From a virus: 64,000 nt of DNA. Of the stretch, positions 25,969-35,202 are shown piece by piece (positions within the stretch are counted from its first letter, which is position 1; each line of letters starts with the position of its first letter). Position numbers and translations under genes: made by a program. The stretch covers positions 356,634-420,633 of IMG/VR virus record IMGVR_UViG_3300034073_003340. One strand, given 5' to 3'. Under the pieces are notes generated by a model, which was given only the letters and a program-made list of their open reading frames with translations, was not told where the DNA came from and did no database searches.

Positions 25969-27158
25969 AGAGCTTTAACCCTTGTCAACACTGTGCTCTT
26001 GTTACCCTTGAATTCATTATGGTCCTTGACCGTTCCGCGGATCTTTATGGTCTTGCCCACGTGGCTTTTGAGAGCCGGCTTGGTGGCAAACCACGTAAAG
26101 CGATTACCATGCCCATCGCGCATCTTATGGAGATAGCTGAATTCGAGGGTGCGAACTTCGTCCACTGTTACTTCGATCTCCATTTTCTGTCCCTTGACTC
26201 CCTGGAAAGTGGAGGAAGCCCCCTTGGGACGCATCCGGGCATAATAGCTACCAACGATAGAAGCCGCAATGCCAATGCTGCGAGGCTCGATAGCTTCAGC
26301 AAGTGCCACTACGCGAATATTGTGCTCATAGTCCGAGAGATCACCGTCGAGCTCGCTTGCCCAGTCGCGAGCCGCGATAGCAAGGTTACGAGCACCTTCG
26401 CTTACAATAGGCAACTGCTGGTGCATTCTTGCGAATACATCATCGGCAGTGCTTTTGCCGCCGGTTTCCTTGGCCTGCTTCTTACTCGTCCAGCCGCGAT
26501 CCAAGACACTTTCAGCGCAAAGCTGAAGGAACATCTCGGTACCAATCCAGCGATGATCGATCAGGCTGCTGCCGTCTTCGCCCTTGTTCCAGGCCATACG
26601 CTTGAGTTCACCCAAGCTCGCAATAAGCTCAGCCATCTTGGCCCACTTGTCAGCCTCACCGTGCCCCAAGAAATCCTTGAGGCACGAGCTACCAACCTGT
26701 CGAAATCCTTCAGCTTCGTTGAAGACCACAAACGTGTCGCGCCGACGACGCTTGTGACCACAGTGGTCGCAAACGGGTTCGCTGGTTCGGTATTCTTCGG
26801 GAAGTTCGCGCACATCAGTGGTGCGGACGATATTACCGGCTTCGTTGGCGTGGTCGATACGAGCCACGAACTCCCACCCAGCCAGCTTGGGCTCAGGGCA
26901 AGAAACAAATACTTCCATGATCTTCTGATTGAAGAACTTGGAATCCTTGGATTCTTCGAAGTGAAAACCCACAACGGTCATGAAGAGACGCTCTCCGGTG
27001 AGTTTTTGGGCCCGCTTACCAATACGGGTCATCTGGTCCTTGAACCATTCAAAACCTGCTGCCGGAATGTCGAACGTCTTGCCTTCTGCCATTGTTGATC
27101 TCCTCATCTGTTGCCCTGTTTCTACAATCAGGTGAGGAGATGTCAACCAGAATTTCAC
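25965..27158 (-). CDS. Hypothetical protein with a putative zinc-ribbon (CDHCGH...SSC)
   Basis: 397-aa ORF co-directional with its neighbours. The long antisense ORF 26019..27098 is judged spurious in this GC-rich stretch. Confidence 0.45.
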   Translation of the reverse strand: MKFWLTSPHLIVETGQQMRRSTMAEGKTFDIPAAGFEWFKDQMTRIGKRAQKLTGERLFMTVVGFHFEESKDSKFFNQKIMEVFVSCPEPKLAGWEFVARIDHANEAGNIVRTTDVRELPEEYRTSEPVCDHCGHKRRRRDTFVVFNEAEGFRQVGSSCLKDFLGHGEADKWAKMAELIASLGELKRMAWNKGEDGSSLIDHRWIGTEMFLQLCAESVLDRGWTSKKQAKETGGKSTADDVFARMHQQLPIVSEGARNLAIAARDWASELDGDLSDYEHNIRVVALAEAIEPRSIGIAASIVGSYYARMRPKGASSTFQGVKGQKMEIEVTVDEVRTLEFSYLHKMRDGHGNRFTWFATKPALKSHVGKTIKIRGTVKDHNEFKGNKSTVLTRVKAL

Positions 27159-27163
27159 TCAAG

Positions 27164-27193
27164 AAAATGGTCCCAGTTTCCCAGGACCATTTT
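27164..27193. terminator. Hairpin with conserved loop CAGTTTCCCA (10-bp stem AAAATGGTCC/GGACCATTTT)
   Basis: Seen directly; the same loop is present at 29096 and 54094. Confidence 0.55.
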
Positions 27194-27204
27194 CTATTCT
27201 AGAT

Positions 27205-27582
27205 TTATTCTGGTTCTTCGTCAGAGAAAGTATCAGCTTCCTCTTCGATTTCTACCTTATCTTCAGTGGCATCAGCAAAGTGCCAGCCAACAACGCTGCC
27301 ATCGCCTAGCGTGGCCTTATGCGCGGAAATCTTCACAACGCGCAGGATGTTATCATCTAGGTCGCGAACGCTCAGGGTCATTTCACCTGTTAGTAGATCA
27401 GCAATGTCTTTATCAACGAGAGCGCATACACCAGTGTCACCACCAGCATTGACTTCAAAACGCTTGGAGCCGCGCTGACGAACGATATGGCCTTCAGTTG
27501 GCCCCGATCCGATATTTGCCTGAACACGAAAATCCATACCTGGACCAGTGCCAAAATACTTCTTGTTAAGTGGTCGTCCCAT
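27205..27582 (-). CDS. Hypothetical protein
   Basis: 125-aa ORF with an acidic C-terminus. Confidence 0.4.
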   Translation of the reverse strand: MGRPLNKKYFGTGPGMDFRVQANIGSGPTEGHIVRQRGSKRFEVNAGGDTGVCALVDKDIADLLTGEMTLSVRDLDDNILRVVKISAHKATLGDGSVVGWHFADATEDKVEIEEEADTFSDEEPE

Positions 27583-27635
27583 AAAAATCTCTCCTAATAG
27601 AGTAGGGTGTTTAGACTATTTAGCGAGATTGGGAC

Positions 27636-28076
27636 TTACACGGAGAGTTTGAGAAGCAATACCCTTCTAGGGACTTCGCTTAGTGGCGAATCTATCATGT
27701 TGGCCACATGAGTGATCATATTCTGAAAATCAGAACATTTGAAGTCGCTGTTGATGATGAAATCTTCGCCACTTTGCCAAAGCTTGTTCCAAGACATAAT
27801 TCCGCCTTTGCTGAATTGACTGCCTTGTACACCAATGCCGTCTAGGTAAGTCAAAAAGGCAAAGACTATCTTTTTCTGACTTTCGTCAACAAATAAAGTT
27901 TCCAGATGGTAGCCCAAGCGGATACAAGAACGGGTCATTCTCCCCCGCTCATAAGGTGTCATGTTGTCAGGCTCGATTTCCTTGAGGTTGAGCGCTTTTT
28001 TATGGGCCAAGGAAACATTCCTGACCACCCGTAGATGCTTGACTATATCTTTGTAGAGATCAGTCCTGTCGCACAT
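27636..28076 (-). CDS. Hypothetical protein
   Basis: 146-aa ORF, abuts the NADAR gene. Confidence 0.4.
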   Translation of the reverse strand: MCDRTDLYKDIVKHLRVVRNVSLAHKKALNLKEIEPDNMTPYERGRMTRSCIRLGYHLETLFVDESQKKIVFAFLTYLDGIGVQGSQFSKGGIMSWNKLWQSGEDFIINSDFKCSDFQNMITHVANMIDSPLSEVPRRVLLLKLSV

Positions 28077-28654
28077 CAGAGGGCTGCGCTGGGCTTCAAC
28101 GAGTAGCCCTGTCGGGTCGTAGGAGCCATCGACTTGCGTAGAGTAATGATATCCCGGCGAACTTGTGTGATGATCTCACCCAGCCAGTTGGTTCCTTGCC
28201 AAGTGCTACGATCAAGAGCCCGAGGATCACTAGCATCCAAACCAATACCCCAAATTTTATCCCAGGGACTGGCTTCTACCAATGTGGTTCCATCAGTAGA
28301 TAGAAGCCACTCAAGAAATTCATCATTCTGTGTGAACTTGGCAAAGTTGGCACGATAGACAAACAGCTTGGCGTTCTTTTCCCAAGTTTCCTGATCGAAG
28401 TTCCTGACCGTCCGGCCTGTCGCCTTCTGTATCTTTGGGTTATCGGTCCCCATGATGATCTGAAGAGCGTCGTCATCGCCAAAGAGGATGGCTTTCTGCG
28501 CCATCATATATTGCTCGGCGGTATTGTAGACGACCCCGTCTACAGTGAAAAAGCTAGAGGCCCACTGACTGGCATAGCCACCATAGAAGAATGTGAACTT
28601 TTCAGTCATATCAGCACCATCCTGCGCGTTTGCCACCGGCATATGGGCGAGCAT
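28076..28654 (-). CDS. NADAR (YbiA/DUF1768) domain protein
   Basis: FTFFYGGYASQWASSFF...YNTAEQYMMAQKAILFGD...KATGRTVRNFDQETWE...ANFAKFTQN..L...LLSTDGTTLVEASPWDKIWGIG matches the NADAR consensus throughout. Confidence 0.8.
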   Translation of the reverse strand: MLAHMPVANAQDGADMTEKFTFFYGGYASQWASSFFTVDGVVYNTAEQYMMAQKAILFGDDDALQIIMGTDNPKIQKATGRTVRNFDQETWEKNAKLFVYRANFAKFTQNDEFLEWLLSTDGTTLVEASPWDKIWGIGLDASDPRALDRSTWQGTNWLGEIITQVRRDIITLRKSMAPTTRQGYSLKPSAAL

Positions 28655-29072
28655 ATCCCTGTATGATCATCAGTTGAGCCAGGCTCTCGCCATTAGAAAG
28701 ATAAACATCGGCGCCGACTCGTCCGCCGTATTTGTCCCACTTTAGGCCTTGGAGAGTGACCCGATTGCCGCTCAGCTTGAGCATACGAGTAGTAAAGAGC
28801 TTGGCTCCTGCCGCCGTCCGGCGTTCTTCATTACACTTGCCCCGCATCTCCGCGGTATCAATACCGCGAACCCGGACACCGATACGTCGTAGTTCCGGGG
28901 GAAGACCTGGCATATCAATGTAAAAGGTGTCACCGTCATAAACGCCAGTGACATTGTATTCATAGCGGGCTTGGGACAGTTTGGCGTCAGCAGTAGCTGA
29001 TCCAAAGAACGCGAAGGCCATAGCAGCCAAGATGGTGAACTTTTTCATACATGACCTTATATAGGCAAACAC
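28611..29072 (-). CDS. Secreted staphylococcal-nuclease (SNase/thermonuclease)-like nuclease
   Basis: Signal peptide, then VYDGDTFYID...VRVRGIDTAEM...GRVGADVY...ESLAQLMIIQGYARPY (the SNase fold pattern). Confidence 0.65.
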   Translation of the reverse strand: MFAYIRSCMKKFTILAAMAFAFFGSATADAKLSQARYEYNVTGVYDGDTFYIDMPGLPPELRRIGVRVRGIDTAEMRGKCNEERRTAAGAKLFTTRMLKLSGNRVTLQGLKWDKYGGRVGADVYLSNGESLAQLMIIQGYARPYAGGKRAGWC

Positions 29073-29095
29073 CTATAATGTCAACCAGTCATGGA

Positions 29096-29121
29096 AAAGG
29101 CCCCAGTTTCCCAGGGCCTTT
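29096..29121. terminator. Hairpin AAAGGCCC-CAGTTTCCCA-GGGCCTTT (conserved loop) downstream of the TelA-like gene
   Basis: Seen directly; followed on the minus strand by TTTTCC. Confidence 0.55.
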
Positions 29122-29128
29122 CCGGTGA

Positions 29129-30349
29129 TTATGCTCGGAGAGCAGCTTGGCGATTTGCCGCGCTGAGCAGCGTTTCCTTGAGCTTCTGTTCCGCACTCTG
29201 CAGGGCAGTTTCAGCGGCAGCGCGCTTGGCCTTGCCCTGTTCAGCAAGATCAATGCTGTCATTGATCGTCTGCATCAGCAAGTCGTTTGCCTGAACCGCT
29301 GCTTCGACATCAAAGATGCCACGTTCGATTTCAGTTCGAGCAACCTTGTTGCTCTGATTGAGTTGCTTGGCACTTGTCACCAACAGATCGTTGGTAAAAT
29401 CAGTCGCCGCCTTGGAAGCCTTGCCAGCTTCTTCAGCCCGCCATGCTGCGATGCTGACTGCCATCGTGCGCTTCCAAAGGGGAACCGACGTCAGCAGCTG
29501 AGTCTGGATCTTCTCTGCCAATCCCTTGTCGTTGGACTGAACGATGCGAATGCTCGGCAGTGCCTGGATCGTCACATTACGAGTGAGCAGCAGGTCCGCC
29601 CGCTTACGCTCCAGAGAATCACGAGCTTCAGTCATGTCTCGCACCGCCTGGGTGTCGTTCATGTCCTGCGTTTCGTTTGCCTTGGCCTGTAGTGCTGGGA
29701 TTTCCTTGGTGTTGACCTCATTCAAGAGATAATCGATAGCAGCAATCTGTTCATCGAGCGCATCGAGAAGTCCGAGGGTCGCTTCGTATTGCTTGTCCAA
29801 TGCCACAATATCCTTGAGCATCTGAACCCGGTGACCTTCGAGAATGTTGGCGCTAGCAATCAGCTGAGCTTCAACCGTCTTGTATTTGTCCAAGAACTTC
29901 TGGAGGACGCTCGCGCCACCGAATAGCTTTTTGAGGAAGCCGGGCTTTTTGCCAGTAGCCAGCTCGCCAAAGTCCAGGCCCTTCATTTCCCGGACCATTG
30001 CGTTCATCTGTTCACCCACCGGGCCAGTGTCCTTGGTGCGAACTCCCTGGAGCATCTGTTCCGATACCGCAGTGGTTGCCTTTTGAGCTTCAACGCCGAA
30101 CGTGATGATGGACTGGCTATCGCGCAGATTGATCTTGCTGGCCAGTTCACGGGCGCGTTCCACTGAAACCTTGGAGCCGGCTCGACCTACCTGGTCGTTC
30201 AGCGAAACGATTTCCTGTGAACCAATTTCAGGAACGATCAGTGCGTTCTCAGAAGTTGGGGTGGAGAGAAGTTCACCGGTAAGCGACGGGGTTTCCGTAG
30301 CCACGCCGATCTTAGTAGGATCAGATGCCATAATTTCAGATTCCTTCAT
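29129..30349 (-). CDS. TelA/KlaA-like toxic-anion-resistance family protein (tentative)
   Basis: About 400-aa all-helical acidic protein of TelA size, with an XpaC-like two-TM partner immediately upstream in the same orientation (as in yaaN-xpaC operons). The assignment rests on architecture and context, not a memorised motif. Confidence 0.4.
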   Translation of the reverse strand: MKESEIMASDPTKIGVATETPSLTGELLSTPTSENALIVPEIGSQEIVSLNDQVGRAGSKVSVERARELASKINLRDSQSIITFGVEAQKATTAVSEQMLQGVRTKDTGPVGEQMNAMVREMKGLDFGELATGKKPGFLKKLFGGASVLQKFLDKYKTVEAQLIASANILEGHRVQMLKDIVALDKQYEATLGLLDALDEQIAAIDYLLNEVNTKEIPALQAKANETQDMNDTQAVRDMTEARDSLERKRADLLLTRNVTIQALPSIRIVQSNDKGLAEKIQTQLLTSVPLWKRTMAVSIAAWRAEEAGKASKAATDFTNDLLVTSAKQLNQSNKVARTEIERGIFDVEAAVQANDLLMQTINDSIDLAEQGKAKRAAAETALQSAEQKLKETLLSAANRQAALRA

Positions 30350-30998
30350 TTTGGAGACGGCCCTTCATAACCGTAAGATTGACGTCAAAATCCATGACAT
30401 CGTTGGCCAAGAGTTTATCAAGCAACTCCTGGAACTTCTGCTCGATTGTATCGAGAAGCTCGTCGAATTGGGCCATTTGCTTTTGGGCTTCGATGCTGCG
30501 AGCACCGGTGCGACTCAGTTGAGCATACCCCTTGACCAGATTGATCGTCTCATCAAGGTAGCTGTTGAGCCATGACTGTGCGAGTCTGACATCCTTGGGA
30601 TCCTGTCGGAAGTCCTCAACGATCTTAAAGCCCAGGGCAACAATATGTTTGATCCTACGAGTCACGTTTGGCGCTCGGATCTGAAGAGATTCGTGTTGGA
30701 TCCGCTCAAGCTTTTCAGTGCCAACGCGGATAGCTTCCACTACCTCGGCAGTGGTAACACCACTGTTTTGTGTGTTGGCAATGCCGTCAATTTTGGCATA
30801 GAGATCTTTGATCTCTTGGCTCGTCACCGGACGGCGACCTGGCCACCAGTACCAAATACCTAGACCAGTAGCAGCGGCAAGCGGAGTCGCCAGCGCGAGA
30901 TCTGCTACAAAGCCTAGTGGAAAAGCTGCCATACCTCCGGCAAATACACATGCGGCTCCACTTAGGGCAGCAACCTTGCTAATCGTGCTATTTTTCAT
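30336..30998 (-). CDS. XpaC-like membrane protein (two N-terminal TM helices plus a helical domain), tentative
   Basis: Hydrophobic VAALSGAACVFAGGMAAFPLGFVADLALATPLAAATGLGIWYWW followed by a soluble helical region; 14-nt overlap with the TelA-like gene. Confidence 0.35.
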   Translation of the reverse strand: MKNSTISKVAALSGAACVFAGGMAAFPLGFVADLALATPLAAATGLGIWYWWPGRRPVTSQEIKDLYAKIDGIANTQNSGVTTAEVVEAIRVGTEKLERIQHESLQIRAPNVTRRIKHIVALGFKIVEDFRQDPKDVRLAQSWLNSYLDETINLVKGYAQLSRTGARSIEAQKQMAQFDELLDTIEQKFQELLDKLLANDVMDFDVNLTVMKGRLQNEGI

Positions 30999-31069
30999 CG
31001 AAGTCCTCTTTGAATTTAGACTCAGTTATACTCCTAAATAGCAACGTGTCTACTTTTCTTTGGAAGAAA

Positions 31070-31099
31070 GGAAAGGGTGGCAATTTTGCCACCCTTTCC
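31070..31099. terminator. Rho-independent terminator after the flotillin gene
   Basis: GGAAAGGGTGGCAA-tt-TTGCCACCCTTTCC perfect palindrome with a T-rich tail on the minus strand. Confidence 0.6.
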
Positions 31100-31118
31100 C
31101 GTAGAAGCCCTGTGAGGC

Positions 31119-32852
31119 TCACTGGTCGTCAGTGTGAATCCCAGCAAGTCGCTGTAGCTCTTCCTTGTCAGTAGGGGCGAGAGGTTCGTCCTTGACCCGA
31201 CGAGCATTAGACTTTGCGGGAGCCTTTGCCGCAACAGCTTCACCGACCGGAATAACCTCGGCCATGCTGCTCAGCATACCGTTCATACCCTGGCTTAGAT
31301 CAAGCCCCAGTTCCTTGGCTAGCGTGTCAACTACTGGAACCTGTAGTCGATAATTCAGCAGCGCATCAGTCATCTGAGTAGGGAGATTAGGACTGCCGTT
31401 TCCCACGGTTTCTCCCTCAACAGATCCAGATGCCTGACCGCCCATACCGCCGTTCATATGAACTACACGGAAGCTATCAATCTTCTCGATGGGCTTGCCC
31501 ATCTGCTCAAGAATAGCAGGCAGCTTTTCAATGAGCTTGAGTCGAATCTGCAGGGCGGCCTGTTCGGGCGACATTGTGTTTGCCGCTTCGTTGAGGGCGC
31601 GCTGACCTTCCGACTCAACTTCATAACGCTTGGCTTCAGCCTCGATGAGGCGTTCCTTGGCCTTGGCCGACGCATCTGCTGCTGCTAGTTCAGCTTCAGC
31701 ACGAATACGAACTGCTGCCGCATCTTCCTGCGCGCGACCCTCGGCCGCAATCACAGCCACTCGCTGGTCTCGTTCTGCCCTGGCCGTTGCCTCAACAGTC
31801 TTAACCTCTTCGCTGGCCCGAACCGCTTCAGCCCTGGCTGCGTCTGCTGCCGCGCGAGCTTCTGATTCTTCCTGAGACTTGGCAGCGACCTTGATTCGCT
31901 GATCCTGACTTGCCAGCTCAAGATCTCGGGCAGCTTCGGCCTGCGCAATCTTAATCTTGCGCTCACTTTCAACCCTGGCTTCTTCAGTGGCCTGCTCGGC
32001 ATGAATTACAGCAAGATCAGTTTCACGCTGGCGATCAGCACGGGTTCGCGCCAGTTCAGCTTCCTGTGCTGCTCGACGGGTTTCCACTTCACGCTGCTGT
32101 TCAAGCGTAGCAAATTCATCCTGCTGGCGAATTTCCAGAGAACGCTTGTTGGCCTCAAAGTTGCGCTGCTCAATAGCAACACGATTTTCCTGCTCGATAT
32201 CGTTTCGCTCTTTCTTGCGCGTTTCCGTGACCGACGTCAGCTTGGCAAGACCTTCAGCGTCGAAAGCGTTGTTGGGATTGAAGTGTTCCACAGAAGTCTG
32301 ATCAAGACCAGTCAGCGACACCGATTCAAGTTCAAGACCATTGGCCTTGAGATCCTCGGCCGCCGTGGTCTTAACCGTCTTCACGAACTCAGCCCGCTGG
32401 GTGTGGAGGTCCTGCATGTCCATTCCAGCAGCAACCGCGCGAAGGACGTCAACGAACTTACCTTCAATAAGTTCACTGAGCTGCTGGGGGTTCATAGTCC
32501 GGCGACCCAGTGTCTGTGCTGCCGCTGCGATGCTGCCATCGTCAGGTGAAACCCGAACATAGAACTCAGCCTTGACATCAACGCGCAGACGGTCCTTGGT
32601 GATAAGCGAGTCCTTGGCCTTTCGCTCAACAGTCAGACGCAGGGTCTGCATATTGATAGGAATGGTTTCATGAAACACCGGCAGCACAATTGCGCCGCCA
32701 TCCTTGACGACTTTCTGTCCGCCCATACCAGTTCGGACGAATGCTTGTTCCTTTGAGGCTCGCTGGTAGAGCCTGGTCATGAAGATGACCATTGTGAGAA
32801 TAACGACGATTGCCGCTACCACAATGCCACCAATGAATGCTAGATTTTCCAA
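31119..32852 (-). CDS. Flotillin-like SPFH/band-7 domain protein (YqiK/FloA-type) with a long Ala/Glu-rich coiled coil
   Basis: N-terminal TM segment, an SPFH domain (QAFVRTGMGGQKVV..., DRLRVDVKAEFYVRV) and an extended EA-repeat coiled coil. Confidence 0.8.
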   Translation of the reverse strand: MENLAFIGGIVVAAIVVILTMVIFMTRLYQRASKEQAFVRTGMGGQKVVKDGGAIVLPVFHETIPINMQTLRLTVERKAKDSLITKDRLRVDVKAEFYVRVSPDDGSIAAAAQTLGRRTMNPQQLSELIEGKFVDVLRAVAAGMDMQDLHTQRAEFVKTVKTTAAEDLKANGLELESVSLTGLDQTSVEHFNPNNAFDAEGLAKLTSVTETRKKERNDIEQENRVAIEQRNFEANKRSLEIRQQDEFATLEQQREVETRRAAQEAELARTRADRQRETDLAVIHAEQATEEARVESERKIKIAQAEAARDLELASQDQRIKVAAKSQEESEARAAADAARAEAVRASEEVKTVEATARAERDQRVAVIAAEGRAQEDAAAVRIRAEAELAAADASAKAKERLIEAEAKRYEVESEGQRALNEAANTMSPEQAALQIRLKLIEKLPAILEQMGKPIEKIDSFRVVHMNGGMGGQASGSVEGETVGNGSPNLPTQMTDALLNYRLQVPVVDTLAKELGLDLSQGMNGMLSSMAEVIPVGEAVAAKAPAKSNARRVKDEPLAPTDKEELQRLAGIHTDDQ

Positions 32853-32865
32853 AAAATTTCTCCTG

Positions 32866-33534
32866 TTAGATCTTACGGACTATAAAGGCAATTTCACGAT
32901 CCTTGTGTGGCCCTAGTAACACCACCTGTGAACCACTAGCAATATGTTCGTTGCTTTCTGAACAGACCACAAGATTATGGTCAGTCCCAAAATTATCAGT
33001 GAATCTAGCAATACCAAAATCCACTGGACCTATAGGTCCAGCAGTCAGTATTCCGCTTGATCCGATCAAGCTTTCAACCTTGATCGCGCTTGTTTCATCT
33101 TTTGGAAGCAACGGAGCAATGGAGGCAGACAGTGACCTGACGATTGGCAAGGTGCAGGCTAAAACCACTGGGCCTACTAGAAGTGCTGGCATCAAGCCTG
33201 AAGCTATGCCATTATAGATCCATTGTGCGCTATATCCCAAGATACTGTAGATACCAGAGAAAAGAATAATAAAAACAGTGCTTGGAACATGGCCAGGGTT
33301 GACCCATAGAAAAATTGAAGAATGACCAGCTTCGAGATAATCCGGGACACCATTCCCGTTAGCGTCCAGGGTAAAATCAATTTCAGCGTCTACCTGGAAT
33401 AGGTCATGACCTATACCAAAGATGATTGAAATCATTCCCAGGATGAGCAAGGCTATAACAATACAGCCGGCGATTAGAAAGGCAGTGTTTTCTGCTGCGG
33501 TGATGAAATTCAGCATGTCCATGCTGGACTTCAT
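32866..33534 (-). CDS. NfeD/YqiJ-like membrane protein (partner of the SPFH protein)
   Basis: Multi-TM N-terminal half with a C-terminal soluble beta domain (VVLLGPHKDREIAFIVRKI), directly upstream of the flotillin gene as in yqiJ-yqiK. Confidence 0.5.
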   Translation of the reverse strand: MKSSMDMLNFITAAENTAFLIAGCIVIALLILGMISIIFGIGHDLFQVDAEIDFTLDANGNGVPDYLEAGHSSIFLWVNPGHVPSTVFIILFSGIYSILGYSAQWIYNGIASGLMPALLVGPVVLACTLPIVRSLSASIAPLLPKDETSAIKVESLIGSSGILTAGPIGPVDFGIARFTDNFGTDHNLVVCSESNEHIASGSQVVLLGPHKDREIAFIVRKI

Positions 33535-33545
33535 AACAAGAGGAT

Positions 33546-33968
33546 TTACCTCTTGTCAATTGAATCGCTCCTAGTCTTTGGAATAATTTTTGAATCAGCC
33601 AATTTTGCTAATATTTGGCCATGACAGGCCTGTGGGTGACACCAGCAACCTAGACGTTTGCCCTTTAGCTCGTGAAGGGCATCCATCAAATGCGGCTGCT
33701 CAACAATCCAATCGGCATATTGTTTGATACATTCTTCACGGGTGCCATCTCTACCAACCACAAATGGATTACCCCATTTGGTCTTGCGATCAATACGGAC
33801 GTCATAATGATCTTCTTTGAGATTAACTACCGTGGTGCTGGGCGGTGGCCAAGAGAATAGATCATCTTTCATCGATCTACTTATTATAGAGGTAGGGGAC
33901 CTGGGAAGAATTTGCGACCCTGACCCAGGTCCCCAAACGGTTAGCAAAGAGGGGTTTGCCACCGCCAA
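33546..33968 (-). CDS. DUF4326-family protein
   Basis: GCWCHPQACHG with an upstream KWGNPF motif typical of DUF4326. Confidence 0.5.
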   Translation of the reverse strand: MAVANPSLLTVWGPGSGSQILPRSPTSIISRSMKDDLFSWPPPSTTVVNLKEDHYDVRIDRKTKWGNPFVVGRDGTREECIKQYADWIVEQPHLMDALHELKGKRLGCWCHPQACHGQILAKLADSKIIPKTRSDSIDKR

Positions 33969-34069
33969 TTAAGGTTTAGCAACTAAAAATGATTGCGCAA
34001 CTCTTTTTGCGACGAACTGTGTGATTATTCACAATCAGTGAATCAAATATTATTAACAATAAAGTAACG

Positions 34070-34423
34070 TTAAAATATTGCGTTGAGATGTTTTTCTATC
34101 TCACAGACCCTATAGGGTTTAGTTAAAATGGGCCATTGCTGAAATACTGTAGGTAGCTCTTGTGAATCCATGCCACTACATACCACAACAGGAATATTGA
34201 GCGCCGCTAGCATATTGGCTGCTCCGATGCTGGACTCGTCCCTGAGACCGACATCAAGAAACACACAAGAGATTTCATCCCCTTGCTCTTTGATGATAGT
34301 TTCAGCTTCAGAGTTGGTTGTAGCAGGTCCTAAAAGAGACAGCTCGTTGTCTTCACAAATGTCTTCCCATAAGAGATGAAGCAAGATTTGATCCTCAACG
34401 AGCAGAACACGGCCTTTAGCCAT
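34070..34423 (-). CDS. Standalone response-regulator receiver (CheY-like) domain protein
   Basis: RVLLVEDQ...(D)...FLDVGL...K: phospho-acceptor Asp layout in a 117-aa protein with no output domain. Confidence 0.6.
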   Translation of the reverse strand: MAKGRVLLVEDQILLHLLWEDICEDNELSLLGPATTNSEAETIIKEQGDEISCVFLDVGLRDESSIGAANMLAALNIPVVVCSGMDSQELPTVFQQWPILTKPYRVCEIEKHLNAIF

Positions 34424-34439
34424 GGTAGTCTCCTTTGTG

Positions 34440-34964
34440 TTAGGACATCAGCTTTGCCAACATCACCTGATTTACTGTGCCATTGTCGATAATCATTGCG
34501 CTACTGGGCTTACCAACACGAACCAATGCGCTAAGAACGTCTTCGTTGCCTTGCCCACTTTTAAAGAGCTTGGCATAAATGGTTCCCTTTTCACTGATTT
34601 GCTTTACCGTGCCCATTACCATATCAACGCGAGCACCTTCTGTGCCGCGAGGAAACAGGATTGTGTGGCCGATTTCAATACGACGACCCATGAGGTCATT
34701 ATAGAATGGGGTTGCTTTGTCTTCAGCAAAAAAGGTGCCACCTGCCCAATTGACCAAATGCTCAAGAAACGAGCCCTTTACCCAAAAGGGCCGCTTGCCC
34801 TTTACCGAGAGCCTATATTCATGAGCGCTATAATATTTGCTGGAAACCTGCATCACTCGGCCGATTGTTCCTGCTCGCGGCCCGGCAATCACCTTGGCAT
34901 ACTGCGGCCCATCTTCCATGGCTTTTAGCAGACCCATCGCAGTTTGGTAATTGTTAAGGCTCAT
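34440..34964 (-). CDS. Hypothetical protein
   Basis: 174-aa ORF. Confidence 0.4.
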   Translation of the reverse strand: MSLNNYQTAMGLLKAMEDGPQYAKVIAGPRAGTIGRVMQVSSKYYSAHEYRLSVKGKRPFWVKGSFLEHLVNWAGGTFFAEDKATPFYNDLMGRRIEIGHTILFPRGTEGARVDMVMGTVKQISEKGTIYAKLFKSGQGNEDVLSALVRVGKPSSAMIIDNGTVNQVMLAKLMS

Positions 34965-35202
34965 ATACGACCTCTTTGAAATTTTTCAATTTTCTACGCT
35001 AGCAGAGCGCAACTAAAAAAGCATGAATGCGTTAATAGCTGTTAAAGCATGATCTATAACCTAACGATCCACGAGTCTAGTGGATAGTCTGGAGCCGTCT
35101 AAAAAAAATTTACATATTGCCTGTTTGTTAGCTCTTGACATTTTGAAACTCACAGAAAAAGTGCAGGTCGAGATGGCCCACACTTTTCTGTGATTTTAGA
35201 TT

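Noticed and set aside
26019-27098. 359-aa plus-strand ORF antisense to 25965..27158
   Set aside because: Its GC-rich context and low-complexity translation mark it as spurious. All neighbours are minus-strand, and the minus-strand ORF has a Cys-His zinc-ribbon-like motif.
29147-29692. 181-aa plus-strand ORF inside the TelA-like gene, plus several 60-180-aa antisense ORFs inside flotillin (31630..31875, 32001..32549)
   Set aside because: These are antisense to long genes with clear domain signatures and arise from the Ala/Glu-rich GC-rich coding sequence.
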